Source: Lysobacterales bacterium (GTDB taxonomy: Bacteria; Pseudomonadota; Gammaproteobacteria; Xanthomonadales; SZUA-5). From it: DNA of 64,000 nt. This document shows, piece after piece, positions 61,463-64,000 of the stretch. Every line of letters begins with the position of its first letter. The first letter of the stretch is position 1. The stretch is from NCBI GenBank assembly GCA_022844165.1, contig JALHMH010000005.1, positions 64,001 through 128,000 on the forward strand, written 5' to 3'. The translations under genes and the position numbers were made by a program. Below the pieces are notes generated by a model that ran no database searches, had not been told where the DNA came from, and worked only from the letters and a program-made list of their open reading frames with translations.

Positions 61463-61600
61463 GTTGGCTTGCCCGTGAGAGCGTGCATAGAATCGTAAGC
61501 TGTGGGTAACGGCACCCACGTACCTGACGATACCAACGGAGCTTGATTCGCCAAGAAAATAGAAGGCACCTGAGTCATTGGGCGCACTATAGTTGCGCCC

Positions 61601-62257
61601 ATGAACATACTGACGGATCTGCTCGACAAAAACCGCCAATGGGCCGCTGCCATGCATGCGGCGGATCCAGAATTCTTCGAACGGCTGCGCCATCAACAAA
61701 CACCCAGGTACCTGTGGATCGGCTGCTCCGATTCGCGCGTACCCGCCAACCAAATCATTGGCTTGAATCCTGGCGAGATTTTTGTCCATCGAAATGTGGC
61801 AAACATTGTGGTGCATGCCGATCTCAACTGCCTGAGCGCGATCCAGTTTGCCGTAGATCTATTGCGCGTCGAACACATCATCGTCTGCGGGCATTTCGGC
61901 TGTTCCGGTGTTCGCGCGGTGCTCGAAGGCCGCAGGGTCGGAATCGCCGACAACTGGCTGCGGCACGTGGGCGATGTGGCCAACAAACATGCCCACGCCC
62001 TGGAAGACGTTCATGAAATCCAGCGCGCCGACTTGCTCTGCGAACTGAATGTGATCGAGCAGGTCGAAAACGTCTGCCAGACAACCGTCGTACGAGACGC
62101 CTGGGACCGCGGCCAGCCCGTCACGGTTCACGGTTGGCTGTATGGCCTGAACGACGGCCGCATTCGCGACCTGGCACTCGCCATTGCCTCACCGATCGAT
62201 CTGGCGCAACGCTATAACGAGGCTTTGTTGGCCGCTGCGTTGGGCTACAGGCCCTGA
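61601..62257 (+). CDS. can: Beta-class carbonic anhydrase
   Basis: WIGCSDSRVP, HRNVAN, CGH..C.G, LCELNV..QV, HGW.Y. Confidence 0.96.
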   Translation: MNILTDLLDKNRQWAAAMHAADPEFFERLRHQQTPRYLWIGCSDSRVPANQIIGLNPGEIFVHRNVANIVVHADLNCLSAIQFAVDLLRVEHIIVCGHFGCSGVRAVLEGRRVGIADNWLRHVGDVANKHAHALEDVHEIQRADLLCELNVIEQVENVCQTTVVRDAWDRGQPVTVHGWLYGLNDGRIRDLALAIASPIDLAQRYNEALLAAALGYRP

Positions 62258-62486
62258 AACGCCAGATTTTGTCGCTATTTCCGTACCGAATCTGGTGTGG
62301 TCACGTCTCGCCTGTCAAAAAAGCCCCACTTGCGAATGAACCTGGAAACCTCAGATGGAAGGGGTGAACCGCGCCAACTGCTGAAAAGGCAGTAGATTCA
62401 TGAACCTACGGACCTGGAAAAGCGGTCAACTGAGGCTTTTTAGGATGATGTCCTCGAATTGCGAAGATGGCGAAGAACCCATCCAA

Positions 62487-63119
62487 ATGAACACTCATCG
62501 CCGCCCAAGCGCAATGTGTATTGGCGCCGCTCTGCTCGCAACACTGCTTTTTGCCGGATGTCGCGACTCAAGCGACAGCGACAGCAACAGCAGTGGCCAT
62601 GAGGAGCCCGTACCGGAAATTGTGGCGACAGAACCCTCCACAGTGGGCTTTCTCGCACCTCCCGGTGCTACGGCAAACGACGACGAAGCGTATCCAGAGC
62701 TCGATTGGCTGGATTTGATGCCAGACGCAGAGCGCGAAGCCCTGTTGCGCGGAGAATGGCCGGAAAACGACATCAACCATGATCTGGAGGGCGCCATGGA
62801 TCAGGTCGGAAGCGACGCTGTCGTGGCGGCACTCGATGGGCGCGAAGTCACATTGCCTGGTTACGTTGTACCGCTGGAACTGGCCGCTGACGGCAAAATG
62901 CGCTCGTTTTTCCTGGTCCCGTACTACGGCGCATGCATTCACGTTCCACCGCCACCACCGAACCAGATCATCTACGCAGACCTCACTGAACCCACCACCA
63001 CGCCAGACCTGTGGGAACCGATGCGCATGAGCGGCACACTGCGCACAGTGAAAATCGAAAACGACCTCGCAAACTCGGCCTACCGAATGGACGAGGTGCG
63101 TCTTACGCCCTGGGAATAG
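62487..63119 (+). CDS. DUF3299-domain lipoprotein
   Basis: Lipobox FAGC; W.DLMP, LPGYVVPLE, LVPYYGACIHVPPPPPNQ. Confidence 0.85.
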   Translation: MNTHRRPSAMCIGAALLATLLFAGCRDSSDSDSNSSGHEEPVPEIVATEPSTVGFLAPPGATANDDEAYPELDWLDLMPDAEREALLRGEWPENDINHDLEGAMDQVGSDAVVAALDGREVTLPGYVVPLELAADGKMRSFFLVPYYGACIHVPPPPPNQIIYADLTEPTTTPDLWEPMRMSGTLRTVKIENDLANSAYRMDEVRLTPWE

Positions 63120-63238
63120 CGATCCTGGTCCTCCGAGACGCAAAGGTCAGACGCCAGCGTTTGGTTGTCACCCTGGGCATTTGAACCCGACAGCGCATTC
63201 GGAGCGAACCGATAGGAGGGACGCGCGTGACTGCCGGC

Positions 63239-63724
63239 TCAACGCACGACCGACCACGACACCATCCGGCCATCGCGGTACGGCATCACGCCGTGGAATG
63301 GGCGCGGATCGCTGTCAAACACCAGTGGCAGGAACTGACGATCGCCTTCCCACATCGGCAGCTCCATCATTCGCTCAAGTTCGATCCATTCGAGCGGCCC
63401 TTCCACGTTGCGCGGCGGCGGAATGCCCTCGAATGCGTCGATCAGGAAGATGAAACCCAGCCAGTCTTCGCCATTCTTGCCAAAGCCCGGCCATGAAATC
63501 GTACCGCGCAACTGCAGCGACGTGCACTCGATCTGGGCTTCTTCGCGGATCTCGCGACGCATACCGGAGAGCACGTCTTCGTCGGCTTCCAGTTTTCCTC
63601 CCAGCCCGTTGTATTTGCCCAAGTGCTCGTCGTCCGCGCGCGCGTTGCGATGCACGAGCAGTACGCGTTTGCGGTCCGGAGACAACACATAACCGAGTGT
63701 ACCGATGATGGGTTGGTAAGGCAT
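63239..63724 (-). CDS. Nudix hydrolase (8-oxo-dGTP diphosphatase-like)
   Basis: Nudix box GGKLEADED...MRREIREEA; EG.LEW, MWEGDR.FLP. Confidence 0.88.
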   Translation of the reverse strand: MPYQPIIGTLGYVLSPDRKRVLLVHRNARADDEHLGKYNGLGGKLEADEDVLSGMRREIREEAQIECTSLQLRGTISWPGFGKNGEDWLGFIFLIDAFEGIPPPRNVEGPLEWIELERMMELPMWEGDRQFLPLVFDSDPRPFHGVMPYRDGRMVSWSVVR

Positions 63725-63809
63725 GCGCGCTTTCTTCTTCGTTGGCAAAACGGGATGTTATGTGCAGACCGCATGCTGCGGCGACCTCGATCGCGCAGAG
63801 TCATGATGG

Positions 63810-63998
63810 CTAGGCCACTCTCCACTCATCCCTGAGCACCGGTAGAACTGGGTGATCGAGATGCATTGCGCGCTCGGCAGCTTCCGCGACAGCGCGCGCG
63901 ACGCCGTGGATATCTTCCAACTCCGCCACTTCCTTCGCTGTCTGAAAAAAGACGCAGATCTCATCGTGATCGGCCTCGAGCTTGAGTCGGGATCCGAA
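63810..63998 (-). CDS. 3' end of a hypothetical protein entering from beyond the window
   Basis: Open frame FGSRLKLEADHDEICVFFQTAKEVAELEDIHGVARAVAEAAERAMHLDHPVLPVLRDEWRVA* ending at TAG 63812-63810. Confidence 0.45.
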   Translation of the reverse strand, partial: FGSRLKLEADHDEICVFFQTAKEVAELEDIHGVARAVAEAAERAMHLDHPVLPVLRDEWRVA

Positions 63999-64000
63999 CC

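Noticed and set aside
62349-62410. Loose resemblance to a fluoride riboswitch (GATGG...AACCGC...ATGA.CCTAC)
   Set aside because: P1 and pseudoknot pairings cannot be formed convincingly, and no crcB/eriC-type gene is downstream
62570-62595. GCGACA/GCAACA short tandem repeat in the DUF3299 gene
   Set aside because: Encodes an in-frame low-complexity SDSDSNSS lipoprotein linker; too short to suggest a contingency locus

Overview
About 61% GC bacterial chromosome segment, probably from a Xanthomonadales-like gammaproteobacterium; this is inferred from gene content and order (yqgE-ruvX-pyrR-pyrB-pyrC', yggS/pilT, ribH-nusB-thiL-pgpA, dusB-lpxH-ppi). It holds about 54 densely packed CDSs, and I could support no rRNA, tRNA, CRISPR array or transposase. 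Core genes include gyrA, mtnA, trxB, fatty-acid oxidation genes, mgtE and can. An accessory-looking block at 15-27.6 kb carries a GntR-controlled LeuC/LeuD-like hydratase, a DUF4139 (MuiA-like) protein, an intact Hen1-Pnkp RNA repair operon, an M28 peptidase and imuA-imuB without dnaE2. The most notable signals are: (1) a short L/T-F-x-x-G/N-F-E tag on three unrelated exported proteins, at the C-terminus of a nuclease and a peptidase and at the mature N-terminus of the DUF1800 protein, suggesting an uncharacterised sorting or docking system possibly tied to DUF1800-DUF1501; (2) a CRP/Clp-type site at -41.5 upstream of that operon; (3) ECF-type promoters; (4) two structured intergenic elements (9.2 kb and 62.3 kb). 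All calls come from motif recognition by eye; no database search was run.
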